A stretch of 64,000 bases of DNA, taken from positions 32,001 to 96,000 of the IMG/VR virus record IMGVR_UViG_3300032805_000001; one strand, written 5' to 3'. Positions 36,013 through 44,839 of this stretch are shown here, one piece after another. The translations under genes and the position numbers were made by a program. Below the pieces are notes generated by a model. It did not search any database, had not been told where the DNA came from, and worked only from the letters and a program-made list of their open reading frames with translations. The stretch's first letter is position 1, and each line of letters starts with the position of its first letter. Source of the DNA: a virus.

Positions 36013-36327
36013 GCAGCGGACCTTACCCTGCCGACGGCGCGAGCGGTGATGGGGAACCGGGCCGGGCTGACCCAGCTCTGTCAGGGAGAGGATCGACCGG
36101 CCCGATTCCTGAAACCCATGCTAGGGCCTAGTCAGGTGACCGCAGCAGGGCCGGAGTGGAGCCAAAACTCCTTGCGATCCGGCTCGTGATCCGGGGCGGC
36201 CGGGTGGGGCCAGATCTAGCTGCTACGACAGCACCCGTGGAGACAAGTGGAGCCAGATGAAGTTGCTCTCCTGGAGCCAGAACACGTTGCCCTACTCACT
36301 GGGTTCGTTAGTTTCGTTAGTTTCGGG

Positions 36328-36371
36328 ACGCCGGCCAGCCGCCCTGCGGGGGTGGCTGGCCGGCGTTTTTT
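36328..36371 (+). terminator. Intrinsic terminator
   Basis: ACGCCGGCCAGCC...GGCTGGCCGGCGT followed by T run. Confidence 0.85.
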
Positions 36372-36560
36372 GCGTGCCCGGGTAACCGCCGCGGGAACGG
36401 GTTCACGGGGAACAGGGCCGGGGATACGGTCCCGGTCGCCGGCTTGTCCAGTGAGCCGAGAGCGTTGCCGAGGCTTTCACCGAACATGGGTGTCTCCTTA
36501 CACATGGTTCCGGCCCAGCCGCCTGAACGGGCAGCCGGGCCGGAGACTTTGGTGCCCCGA

Positions 36561-37382
36561 TCAGGGGCAGTTGTAGAAGCCGGGTGTCAGGCTGGTGACC
36601 GGGTTGGTGCAGCCGACGACCTTCCAGATCGAGTTGGCGGTGTCGCTTTCCGGGTAGAGCATCTGCCACGTGCCAGGGCCGCCCCAGCCGGTGTCGTTGA
36701 GGGTCTCCAGGGTGTTGTGGGAGTGGAAACCGTTCGACACGGTGTCCTCGGCGAGGACGTAACCGCCGGTCACCGGGACCGGGGAGAAAACCTGCCACTG
36801 GTTTGCGCTGGTGACGATCCCCGGGTTGCCGGCGCCGCCGTTAGGTGTGCCGGGAGTGAAGGCGGCCCCGGCCGAACTGCATGTACGGAGCACGGTCCAC
36901 CAGTGCTTCCAGCCGGCCGGCTTCTCAACCGACAGGCACAGGTTCGCTGAGCTGTTCCAGTCGGCCGTTGTCACGGGGCCGCTGCCGGTGTGGCCGAGCG
37001 GCACGCCGTCCGGCGTGTACATGGCGACGTATTCGCCCTGCCCGTCGAGCGGGTCCTTCACCTGAACGCCGCCCAGGTTGTACTGGAAGACCGTCCAGTC
37101 TTCGCTGCTGTCACTGGCGCTGTACGGCTCGATGACGACCTTGGAGTTCCAGACCGAACCGGTCGCCGACAGCGTGAGGCTGGAGGCGTTGGGCTGCGTG
37201 CCGTTGCCGAGGCCCGGAAGGTAGATGCCGCCGCACCCGATGGGCGGCGACGTCGGGTGGGCGATATTGGTGCACGTTGAGGTGGTGGCGCTGGCCGGGC
37301 CTGCGAGCGCGGCGGCTCCCATCCCCCCGGCCAGAGCAAGCACGCCGGCACTGGCTGCAAGCTTTCCCTTGAAACGGTTCAA
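36561..37382 (-). CDS. Secreted protein, possibly ricin-type lectin fold
   Basis: Sec signal ending PASA, paired Cys, spaced W motifs; AGGAG RBS, TTG start. Confidence 0.7.
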   Translation of the reverse strand: MNRFKGKLAASAGVLALAGGMGAAALAGPASATTSTCTNIAHPTSPPIGCGGIYLPGLGNGTQPNASSLTLSATGSVWNSKVVIEPYSASDSSEDWTVFQYNLGGVQVKDPLDGQGEYVAMYTPDGVPLGHTGSGPVTTADWNSSANLCLSVEKPAGWKHWWTVLRTCSSAGAAFTPGTPNGGAGNPGIVTSANQWQVFSPVPVTGGYVLAEDTVSNGFHSHNTLETLNDTGWGGPGTWQMLYPESDTANSIWKVVGCTNPVTSLTPGFYNCP

Positions 37383-37530
37383 CGTTTCTCCTGTTGTATT
37401 TGTATTTGGCGTGACTGAAATTTCCCAGCCCTAATCCGATGGCTGGCTGGACGGGGACATGTTCCCCCGGCACCTGGCAGCGGCTCCACGGGACGCTGGC
37501 ACATGCCCGGGGACTGTCCCCGGCCGGGGG

Positions 37531-37953
37531 TTACGCCACCTGCTCCCCCGGTTTCTCCTTCTTCGGCGGCTTCTTCTTCCCGCGCCTCAGCGTCTGTTCC
37601 CAGTGCTTTACCACCGCCGCGATCTCGTCGTCGTCCGCGAGACGTTCCTGGGCTTCCCGCAGGATCCGGTCACATTCCCCGAGAGAAACCGGGCGCGGGC
37701 GGCGCCGGCGCGGGAGAGGCTGTTCCCGGTACCCCGGGTCGTCCATCTCGGATGTCATGAACGTCATCGCGCCCACGACCATCGAGAGGATCGACAACGC
37801 GAACGCGAGAGGCTGGCCGAGCAGCAGCCACCATGCGGGGCCCAGCACGCCTGCCAGGATGACCCAGACGACGGAGAAGGGGAGGCGGGCACGGAGAATC
37901 CACGCCGCGGCGGGCGGGAAGAAAAACGCCCCGAGGGCGATGGCGGTGCTCAC
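37531..37953 (-). CDS. Membrane protein
   Basis: Hydrophobic N-terminal half, basic tail. Confidence 0.65.
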   Translation of the reverse strand: MSTAIALGAFFFPPAAAWILRARLPFSVVWVILAGVLGPAWWLLLGQPLAFALSILSMVVGAMTFMTSEMDDPGYREQPLPRRRRPRPVSLGECDRILREAQERLADDDEIAAVVKHWEQTLRRGKKKPPKKEKPGEQVA

Positions 37954-38149
37954 GTTAAGACACTCCGGATCACACGTAGTTGACGCGTCGGTTCGCTGCC
38001 GGGTTTACGTCCCGGGGTTTCGCTTCCCCGCTGCCGCGGGTATTCCTCTGGCGGGGACTACCGGATCCCCGCCCTCCGTTCCGGATGGTCACCCCCGGGG
38101 CATCCCGCACGCTGGCAGGCGTGCCCGGGGGTGACTGGACGGGCTGACG

Positions 38150-38374
38150 TCACTTCCCGAACGGGTCGAACTCGCCGCGTTTCGCACCGCCGAGGAACGC
38201 GTCCCATTCGGCTTTGGTGAGTTCAAGGAACGTGCCGGGTACCCGGCTGTTGCGGACGCCGACCATGCCGCCGGGCAGGGCCGCTACTTCGAGGCAGTTG
38301 CCGTTGGCGAGACTGTCGGAGCTTTTGACCCAGGATGATTCTGTGCCCGGCCGTCTCGATAGCTGCTCGTTCAT
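38150..38374 (-). CDS. DUF397 (BldB-family) protein
   Basis: WVKSSDS..GNCLEVA...VGVRNSR...EWDAFLGGAKRGEFD; GAGGAGG RBS. Confidence 0.9.
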   Translation of the reverse strand: MNEQLSRRPGTESSWVKSSDSLANGNCLEVAALPGGMVGVRNSRVPGTFLELTKAEWDAFLGGAKRGEFDPFGK

Positions 38375-38403
38375 GTCCTGTCCTCCTCGGGGTTTTCTGG
38401 TTT

Positions 38404-38649
38404 TCACGTGGGCCTATGGCCCGTTACCGCAAGCTGTTCCCGGACCCATTCCGGGTTGCGGCGGATGAACTCGCGGACCTGGGCGGTCACGTCATGCCGC
38501 TCGCTGGCCGCGAACGTTGCCGTCCCGTCCCTGTTCTCGCTGACCACCCGGCGCCGGGTGACCGCGAAAACCTGCCCGCTGAAATCGGTGAGGTAAAGAC
38601 TCACCGGGTAGTGCCGTCTGCATCCCGGTTCGGTGCAGCAGCCGCTCAC
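38404..38649 (-). CDS. Hypothetical protein
   Basis: Coupled to upstream gene. Confidence 0.55.
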   Translation of the reverse strand: MSGCCTEPGCRRHYPVSLYLTDFSGQVFAVTRRRVVSENRDGTATFAASERHDVTAQVREFIRRNPEWVREQLAVTGHRPT

Positions 38650-39038
38650 GTCCCCTCCCCGGGCGGTGCGTGCACGCCGGTTTCCAGGCCGTCTGCCCGC
38701 GTGGCCAGCAGTTGCGCCGCGTCCTCAAACTTCCGGGCTTCCGCCAGGTCGAGGACAGCTTCCGGGCCGGGGGCCACGCTGGCGGCGACACGTGAGCAGG
38801 TGGCCTCGCCGCGCAGGAAGCTGATGCACTGCTGCCGTTCGTCGGCGCGGGCCAGCGCGATGAACTGTTCCGCGATCCGTGCCGTGAGGTCCGTTGCTGC
38901 CTGAACGTCGGTGACAAGAGCGGTCGCCACGGAACCGGGTGTGCGGGCGGTCAGGAACGCCTTGTTCAGGCACCTCCGCAGGGAAGGCGGCGGATCGGAG
39001 GCTGCCGCAACGTCACGCTTGCCGTTTGCGCTGGTCAC
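38646..39038 (-). CDS. Hypothetical protein
   Basis: GGGGAG RBS before GTG 39038. Confidence 0.55.
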   Translation of the reverse strand: MTSANGKRDVAAASDPPPSLRRCLNKAFLTARTPGSVATALVTDVQAATDLTARIAEQFIALARADERQQCISFLRGEATCSRVAASVAPGPEAVLDLAEARKFEDAAQLLATRADGLETGVHAPPGEGT

Positions 39039-39057
39039 AGGCACTCCCCTGCCGTTG

Positions 39058-39104
39058 ACATTTGCTAGCCCTACCGGTAACAACGACCTCACACTAGCAG
39101 ATGT
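39058..39104. other. Candidate attP for the serine integrase
   Basis: ACATTTGCTAG-25 bp-CTAGCAGATGT imperfect inverted repeat just upstream of int. Confidence 0.45.
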
Positions 39105-39122
39105 TGAACTAGACTGGCCCGC

Positions 39123-40613
39123 ATGTCCCGCGACGAGAACGGCCGGCGTGCCGCAGTGATTTACCTGCGGCAATCCCTTGACCGTCTCGGCACTGAAGAC
39201 GCCGTGACACGGCAGCGGGAAGACGCCGTGGCCATCGCCGCCAGCCGCGGATTCCGGGTCATCGCGATCCACGCCGACAATGACACGTCCGCGAGAGGCC
39301 GCAGTAAGCGGCCCGGGTTCGACGCCACCCTCGCCGACGTCGAAGCCGGCAACGCCAGTGTGATCATCGCCTGGAACATGGACCGGCTCACCCGCAACTC
39401 CCGCGACCGGCTCCGTCTCATCGAAACAGGCCGCAAAGCCAAAGCGCTCGTTGTTCTCGCCCGCGGATCAGACATCGACTTGTCTACCCCGTCCGGGCGG
39501 ATGACCGCTGACATTCTCGCGTCCGTCGCGCAGGCCGAGATCGAAACGAAATCCGACCGGCAGAAACGCGCCAACTTGCAGGCCGTGCAACGGGGACGCC
39601 GGGTCGGCGGGCGGCGGCCGTTCGGGTTCGAGCAGGACGGCAAGACGCTGCGGCTAGACGAAGCTGACGCGATCAGGGACGGCTACCACGCTTATCTCGC
39701 CGGTTCCACCCTGGCCGCTATCGCCCGTGACTGGAACGCCCGCGGGTTCACCGCGCAGAAAGCACCGTGGGCCGGGTACAGCGTCGCCATGATCCTGAAA
39801 AACCCCCGCTACATGGGCTGGCGGGGGTACGCGCCCGCGGATGAGAACCGTAAGGGCCGGCCTGTGATCGAGGCGGTCACCCAGGCGGAATGGCCCGCGA
39901 TCGTCACCGAGAACATCTGGCATGGAGTCAACGGGATGCTGGCCAGCAAAGCCACGTCGGCTGTGAGCCGCGGCGGGCGTTACCTCCTGACCGGTGTCGC
40001 CTGGTGCGCGCTGTGTGACGTTGAGGGGCAGCCGTCGACGGTGCACGGCGGCGGGGCGGTCCGGCATTACCCGATGTACCGGTGCAGCCGCACCTACGGC
40101 CATGTCAGCCGCAAAGCCGAGCCGATTGACCGGTGGGTGTCCGCGTACGCTGTCGCCCGCCTGTCCCGCAAAGACGCCCGTGAGCTGCTGACCAGTGCAT
40201 CATCGGAACCTGGTATCGGGGAACTGCGCGCCGAGTACAAGTCGCTGCTCGAGCGGAAACGGAAACTTGCGGAGGACCTGGCGCTGACGGACATGGACCC
40301 TGGTGACTACCGGGAGATGCGGGAGGCTTTCCGGCGGCGTCTCGGTGAGCTTGAGACCGCGATGGCCGGCAGCGGGCGGGCTTCGATTCTCAGGCCGCTC
40401 ATCGACGCTGACAATGTTGAGGCGATGTGGGATGCGATGCCCAGAGCCCACCAGCGGCAGGTGATCGACAGTATTTTCACTGTCACCTTGTACCCGGCTG
40501 GGCAGGGAACGCGGACGTTCCGGCCGGAGACGGTGCGGGTTGAACCGAAGCGGGAGAAGCAGGCACTGAAAACACAGCCGGTACTCAACGAGAAACGGCG
40601 GATAAGGCAGTGA
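39123..40613 (+). CDS. Large serine integrase
   Basis: IYLRQS, DNDTSA, RPGF, DRLTR, recombinase domain ILKNPRYMG, LLTG..C..C Zn domain, coiled coil. Confidence 0.95.
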   Translation: MSRDENGRRAAVIYLRQSLDRLGTEDAVTRQREDAVAIAASRGFRVIAIHADNDTSARGRSKRPGFDATLADVEAGNASVIIAWNMDRLTRNSRDRLRLIETGRKAKALVVLARGSDIDLSTPSGRMTADILASVAQAEIETKSDRQKRANLQAVQRGRRVGGRRPFGFEQDGKTLRLDEADAIRDGYHAYLAGSTLAAIARDWNARGFTAQKAPWAGYSVAMILKNPRYMGWRGYAPADENRKGRPVIEAVTQAEWPAIVTENIWHGVNGMLASKATSAVSRGGRYLLTGVAWCALCDVEGQPSTVHGGGAVRHYPMYRCSRTYGHVSRKAEPIDRWVSAYAVARLSRKDARELLTSASSEPGIGELRAEYKSLLERKRKLAEDLALTDMDPGDYREMREAFRRRLGELETAMAGSGRASILRPLIDADNVEAMWDAMPRAHQRQVIDSIFTVTLYPAGQGTRTFRPETVRVEPKREKQALKTQPVLNEKRRIRQ

Positions 40614-41206
40614 CAGACGAAATCCTTGAGGAAGCGCGAACTCGGGTGCTAGCTGATATTGATGCTGCGCTTGCACGCGACTGGAACAACATCCGCCTGT
40701 GTTCCACGCTCGAACGTGAACGGAAGATCATTCTTCAATCCGACTGGCAGCCGAGCCGGCCACCACGCCGGATGCCGTCACTCTGGGCCATCGCCTCCTA
40801 CTGGGACGAGCGCGACACTTTCGGTGACATCCCGCTCGATGCCGCCCCATTCTGCTTCGGATGCCGCAAGCACGCTGGATGGTGGGGACTTCCAGCATGC
40901 GAGGCCCGATGGAATGACGCCTCCTGCTTCCTGGACCGGGCGCATCTTATTACCCGGGACAAGGGTGGTCTTGATGGACCTCAGAACCTCGTCCCCCTCT
41001 GCGAGCGCTGCCATAAGACGATGCCGTTCTTTGGTGTCGGCGACGAGTGTGACGCAATCGAATGGGTGCGGGCTGGCGGCCGATTCGCGACGCCGGGTGT
41101 ACTTGAGATGGAGGTCGCGGCGCTAGAAGCCAGATACGCTGCGGCGCGCGACGAGGCTAGGGCGGAAGCGGCCATGGCGCTCGGCGGCCAGTACTCACTC
41201 TGGTGA
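40610..41206 (+). CDS. HNH endonuclease
   Basis: CFGC...RAHL...GG.D...NLVPLCERCH. Confidence 0.8.
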   Translation: MTDEILEEARTRVLADIDAALARDWNNIRLCSTLERERKIILQSDWQPSRPPRRMPSLWAIASYWDERDTFGDIPLDAAPFCFGCRKHAGWWGLPACEARWNDASCFLDRAHLITRDKGGLDGPQNLVPLCERCHKTMPFFGVGDECDAIEWVRAGGRFATPGVLEMEVAALEARYAAARDEARAEAAMALGGQYSLW

Positions 41207-41294
41207 GGACGGTGGCTGCTGCGCCGGACGGGTGGTGGCTGAAACCTGACGAGCGCATCAAGGTCCAGGTGGACCGGCCGGAAGGTGGGAGCCA

Positions 41295-41552
41295 GTGACA
41301 GTCGTGATCAGCGTCGTCGCCATCGTCGTCTTCGTCCTGGCCATCGGGGAGGTCATCTGGCGGATGTGGGACTGGCCGGCGAGAGACCCCGGATGGTGGG
41401 GTGCGGGACGGCTGACCGCGATGGTCCTGATCGCGGTCCTGACGTTGCTGATGTTAGATGCGGACCCGGGGCGTCCTCGCTTCCGCGGGTGTCAAGCCCG
41501 CCCCGGGCCGCCACTTCGGGCCGCCCCCCTAGGTCGCCCGCAGAGAGTGTAG
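41295..41552 (+). CDS. Small two-TM membrane protein
   Basis: Two hydrophobic stretches. Confidence 0.45.
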   Translation: MTVVISVVAIVVFVLAIGEVIWRMWDWPARDPGWWGAGRLTAMVLIAVLTLLMLDADPGRPRFRGCQARPGPPLRAAPLGRPQRV

Positions 41553-41598
41553 CGACAAAAGAGGCGATTTCGGGAACCGGCGCGGGGAGACCGCAGGT

Positions 41599-42174
41599 TT
41601 ACGCTGCCTCGCACTCACGGATCCGTTGCAGCACTTCCCCCTCGCTGGCTGGCCGCAGATCCCACGCGTCAGTCCCAGCGTGCAGTGAGCGGTGCCCGTC
41701 GACCTGTGCCGGCTGGTGGGTGTGGCCGTGGATCAGCCACAGGCCCTCGTCGGGCAGCCGGTACTGCGTGCCGCGTTCTTCGGCAGTGTGGTCACCGGCA
41801 CCAAGGTAGGGGAAGTGAGACAGCAGGACCGGGCGGCCGTCGATCCGGATCCGGGCGAATGCCTGCACCGACTCGAACACTTCAAGCCAGCGGCGCTGCC
41901 GGGAACGCGCGCCGCGGTTGCCGGGCCAGCAAGAATCGTGGTTGCCGGTGATGAGCTGCTTGCGGCCGTTCAGCCGGGCGGCCTGCTCGAGTATGCGCGT
42001 CTCGTTGCCGAGGCCGACGTCTCCCAGATGCCACACGAGGTCGCCGGGGCGGACGGTTTCGTTCCAGCGCTTGACGATGAGGTCGTCATGTTCTGCGGGG
42101 CCGGTGAAGCCGCGCAGTTCCGCGACCATCTTGTGCAGGAAATGCGTGTCCGAGGTGAAGTAAACCGCGCTCAT
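41599..42174 (-). CDS. Calcineurin-like metallophosphoesterase
   Basis: SDTHF, LGD, GNHD, HFP, HGHTH. Confidence 0.92.
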   Translation of the reverse strand: MSAVYFTSDTHFLHKMVAELRGFTGPAEHDDLIVKRWNETVRPGDLVWHLGDVGLGNETRILEQAARLNGRKQLITGNHDSCWPGNRGARSRQRRWLEVFESVQAFARIRIDGRPVLLSHFPYLGAGDHTAEERGTQYRLPDEGLWLIHGHTHQPAQVDGHRSLHAGTDAWDLRPASEGEVLQRIRECEAA

Positions 42175-42425
42175 TTAGCCTGCGCCCGCATCTCTGGTTT
42201 GTGAACGTCCCGGTGCCAGCGCTTGCGGGCCCCGTCCGACCCCAGTACGGGTGACACCGCTCCGCAGGAGCACTTGGCGACTCCCGTTCTTGGGTGTCCC
42301 CATGGGCGCACGTACTGGCCGTCCCGGTCGCTCCACTGGAACGGCTTCCCTTCACGCTCCAGGCCGTGGCCGGGGAGGCGGGTGCTGGTGTCAGGCATCG
42401 CCACTCTCCTCCCGTGCAGGCTCAC
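42171..42425 (-). CDS. Hypothetical Zn-binding protein
   Basis: GH...CSCG...WHR.H. Confidence 0.55.
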   Translation of the reverse strand: MSLHGRRVAMPDTSTRLPGHGLEREGKPFQWSDRDGQYVRPWGHPRTGVAKCSCGAVSPVLGSDGARKRWHRDVHKPEMRAQAK

Positions 42426-42681
42426 CGTCAGCCAGGATCACCTTGCAGAAGCGGCAGTACCGGGTGCCGGGCTCGATCCGCTTCCCGTAGCCGAGGTACG
42501 TGACGTACCCCTTCTTTGCTACGGCCTCATCGTGTTCGCCGCGGGCACACCGGGCCTGCTGGTTTGCGACAGCGAACAGTTCAGCGGCCGGATCGGGGCG
42601 GGGCAGTGACCGCTGGATGTAGTTGGTGCCACGCTTGAAACCGTCCTTGTGGCCCCAGCGGTCCACCGGGTCAGGCTGCAC
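42391..42681 (-). CDS. Hypothetical protein
   Basis: In operon; C..GEH...CRFC. Confidence 0.5.
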   Translation of the reverse strand: MQPDPVDRWGHKDGFKRGTNYIQRSLPRPDPAAELFAVANQQARCARGEHDEAVAKKGYVTYLGYGKRIEPGTRYCRFCKVILADGEPAREESGDA

Positions 42682-43135
42682 GGCTCATCCGCGATGTTCG
42701 CTGCCGTTTGCGCTGCGCCCAGTACCTGCGGGCCGCTTCCCGGCAGTCATCGTCGACCAGTTCACCGCGGTCCTTGTGACGCGCGTAGGCGGCGTAAGTG
42801 CCGCACGGCTGAAGCTCATCCAGCGGCCGGTAGCGGCCCTTGACGGGCATTTCGCGGACGGGACCTTCGAGGGGGCGCCCGTGCTCGTCCCATTGCACCC
42901 ATGCGAGCATGTCCGCTGCTGACATGTCGTCGATAGGGATCATGCCGGCCTGGACGACGATCAGCGCCCGGATCGGCTCGGGGATTTCCTGGCCGGTCAG
43001 GGTGGTGAGGAACCGGCCTACCGCGTCGCGGTTTTCTTCACGGACGAGGATGGCGAGATCGCAGGCGGCTTGCACCATCCGGGCGGCCAGGTCCCCTCGG
43101 CGGGCTGCTTCGGCCCGGTCTCTGGCAGCGGTCAA
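42671..43135 (-). CDS. Hypothetical protein with CGT..AY.RH...GE motif
   Basis: AAGGAG RBS before TTG 43135. Confidence 0.65.
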   Translation of the reverse strand: MTAARDRAEAARRGDLAARMVQAACDLAILVREENRDAVGRFLTTLTGQEIPEPIRALIVVQAGMIPIDDMSAADMLAWVQWDEHGRPLEGPVREMPVKGRYRPLDELQPCGTYAAYARHKDRGELVDDDCREAARRYWAQRKRQRTSRMSRAA

Positions 43136-43311
43136 CCCGGCTCCTTCTCCCCCGCCGTTTCGTATTCGGCGAGTTTCTGGCGGAGCCGGCTGCATTCGGC
43201 GCGGAGCCGGGCCAGTTGGATACCCGCCTCGATGAAGTCCCTGGGTTCCTCCCATGCGGTCGGCGCCGCGCCGGGAGCCGGGGTTATGTCCTGGCCGGGT
43301 TCGGTGCCCAT
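43132..43311 (-). CDS. Small coiled-coil protein (59 aa)
   Basis: Fills gap, coupled to next gene. Confidence 0.45.
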   Translation of the reverse strand: MGTEPGQDITPAPGAAPTAWEEPRDFIEAGIQLARLRAECSRLRQKLAEYETAGEKEPG

Positions 43312-43652
43312 AAGCCCATCACCGCCGCATCGTTGCCGCTGAGCGCCCTGATCGCGGCGAGGATCAGCGCATCAGCCCGGGGCCGTTCGACGTACCACTC
43401 TTCCCGCCCGCAGTTGAACACGCCGTTCTCGTCGGCGGTGACGCCGAGCATCCCGGCATGGGCGAGCGGAACGTACAGTTCGTAACGCCACCGGGGGCTG
43501 CCGAACGGGGCTCTGCCGCTGAAAATTTCCCCTTCACGCCACACTGCGGCGACGAGAGCGGCGAGGTATCCGCGGATTGTTGCGGCGCCGGAGTCGTTCG
43601 CTGGCATTGGCAGGTTGAGGACCTGTTCGGGGTCCGGTTTGGCGGTGGTCAC
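43284..43652 (-). CDS. Hypothetical phage protein
   Basis: NDSGAATIRGYL...WREGE.FSGRAPFG; AAGGAG RBS. Confidence 0.7.
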   Translation of the reverse strand: MTTAKPDPEQVLNLPMPANDSGAATIRGYLAALVAAVWREGEIFSGRAPFGSPRWRYELYVPLAHAGMLGVTADENGVFNCGREEWYVERPRADALILAAIRALSGNDAAVMGLWAPNPART

Positions 43653-43876
43653 GGCGTGGCTCCTTTCGCGGGCTGGGCGGATTCGCCGATGACACGGCGA
43701 ATGTCCCCGGCGGCCATGCGGAGCGCGCCGCCTACCGCTGGCCGGCAGCCTTTGTCGTCAGCTAGGGCGGTGTAAACCTCGGTGAGATCGTGGAGGCGGC
43801 GGATCAGGCCTGCCGTGTCCACGCCACCCTCGGTGATCGTTTCGGCGGCGGTTTCGGTGGTGTCGGTGCCGCTCAT
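43649..43876 (-). CDS. Hypothetical protein
   Basis: Coupled at both ends. Confidence 0.55.
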   Translation of the reverse strand: MSGTDTTETAAETITEGGVDTAGLIRRLHDLTEVYTALADDKGCRPAVGGALRMAAGDIRRVIGESAQPAKGATP

Positions 43877-44370
43877 GCGATCAGCCCCATCTCCCGCGCC
43901 CGCATTTCAGCGGCCGGGACCGCGAACTGGACCGGCTTCCCGCGGGCAATCGCATGCAGGATTTCGCCTGTCGTGGATTGGCCGAAGTAGCCCGTCTCGT
44001 CGCTCACCACGAGCACGTAGTCAGCGAGGTCAATTTTGTGTTTGTGCAGCTCGTCCAGTGCGGTCTTGGCGGGCGCGAGGTCACCGGCGATGATGCCGAG
44101 GTCGGCGTCGGACTTGGTGTCGCAGCCGATCGAGAGCACGATTTCGCCGGCGAGCGTGCGCCGCAGGTTCGCTTCGCGGAACGCATTGAAGAACCGCGTT
44201 GACCCGCAGAGGCAGACGATGCGCGGCCGGGGCCCGCTGAAGTCCGGTTCATCGTTACAGCCCTCCGAGCATGGTGCGGTGTGCACCTCGTCATCGTCGT
44301 GGTCGCAGTGGACGCAGCACACGTGGGCGTCGCCGTAGAACTCGTCTTCGCCGGGCTTGATCTCGGTCAT
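43873..44370 (-). CDS. Nucleoside-2-deoxyribosyltransferase-like fold protein
   Basis: VCLCGSTRF...HKHKIDLADYVLVV...GY.GQST..EI. Confidence 0.6.
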   Translation of the reverse strand: MTEIKPGEDEFYGDAHVCCVHCDHDDDEVHTAPCSEGCNDEPDFSGPRPRIVCLCGSTRFFNAFREANLRRTLAGEIVLSIGCDTKSDADLGIIAGDLAPAKTALDELHKHKIDLADYVLVVSDETGYFGQSTTGEILHAIARGKPVQFAVPAAEMRAREMGLIA

Positions 44371-44378
44371 GATTCCCC

Positions 44379-44561
44379 CTAACTCTCGTAGTCCAGCAGT
44401 TCCCGCAGGACCATCCCGAAGGCGATCTCACGGAGCCTGAGACGGTCTATTACGTGCGAGTCGTCTACCGGGGTTGCGGGGAGTGCCACGTTGACGATTT
44501 CCCTGGCGGCCGTCACGCAGCGGATGAGCTCGTCACGGTCGTTGCTCTTGCGCCTGCTCAT
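44379..44561 (-). CDS. Hypothetical protein
   Basis: Coupled small ORF. Confidence 0.55.
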   Translation of the reverse strand: MSRRKSNDRDELIRCVTAAREIVNVALPATPVDDSHVIDRLRLREIAFGMVLRELLDYES

Positions 44562-44839
44562 TCCGCACCGCCCTGGAGTGGCGACAGCCCGAACGCGGCA
44601 CGCTCAGCGTTGATTCGGGCGGTGTAAGCGTCATCGTCCTCGCCGGCGAGGGCAGTCGCACAGCGGCCATCCTCTGGCATGAGTTCAATGTCGCAGCCGG
44701 TGCCGCATTCCATGCAGCACCAGGCGGGGCAGCCGGCCGCGTCGCAGCCGGTGTCGTACAGCGGGGCGCCGCAGTCCTCGCAGGTGTCAGGCGATACGGC
44801 GAACTGTTCGCTGGTGCTGTCGTACCAGACGGGCATCAC
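44558..44839 (-). CDS. Cys-rich hypothetical protein
   Basis: Multiple CxxC; GGAGG RBS. Confidence 0.6.
   Translation of the reverse strand: MMPVWYDSTSEQFAVSPDTCEDCGAPLYDTGCDAAGCPAWCCMECGTGCDIELMPEDGRCATALAGEDDDAYTARINAERAAFGLSPLQGGAE

Larger units (their letters stand above)
32846..36298 (+). mobile_element. Non-autonomous IS21-derived element carrying phage cargo
   Basis: TG...CA tips, four 20-bp repeats per end in inverted orientation, CTGGGTTC duplicated at 32838-32845 and 36299-36306. Confidence 0.85.

Noticed and set aside
32846-36298. Intact autonomous IS21
   Set aside because: No DDE domain and no IstB Walker A ATPase between the ends.
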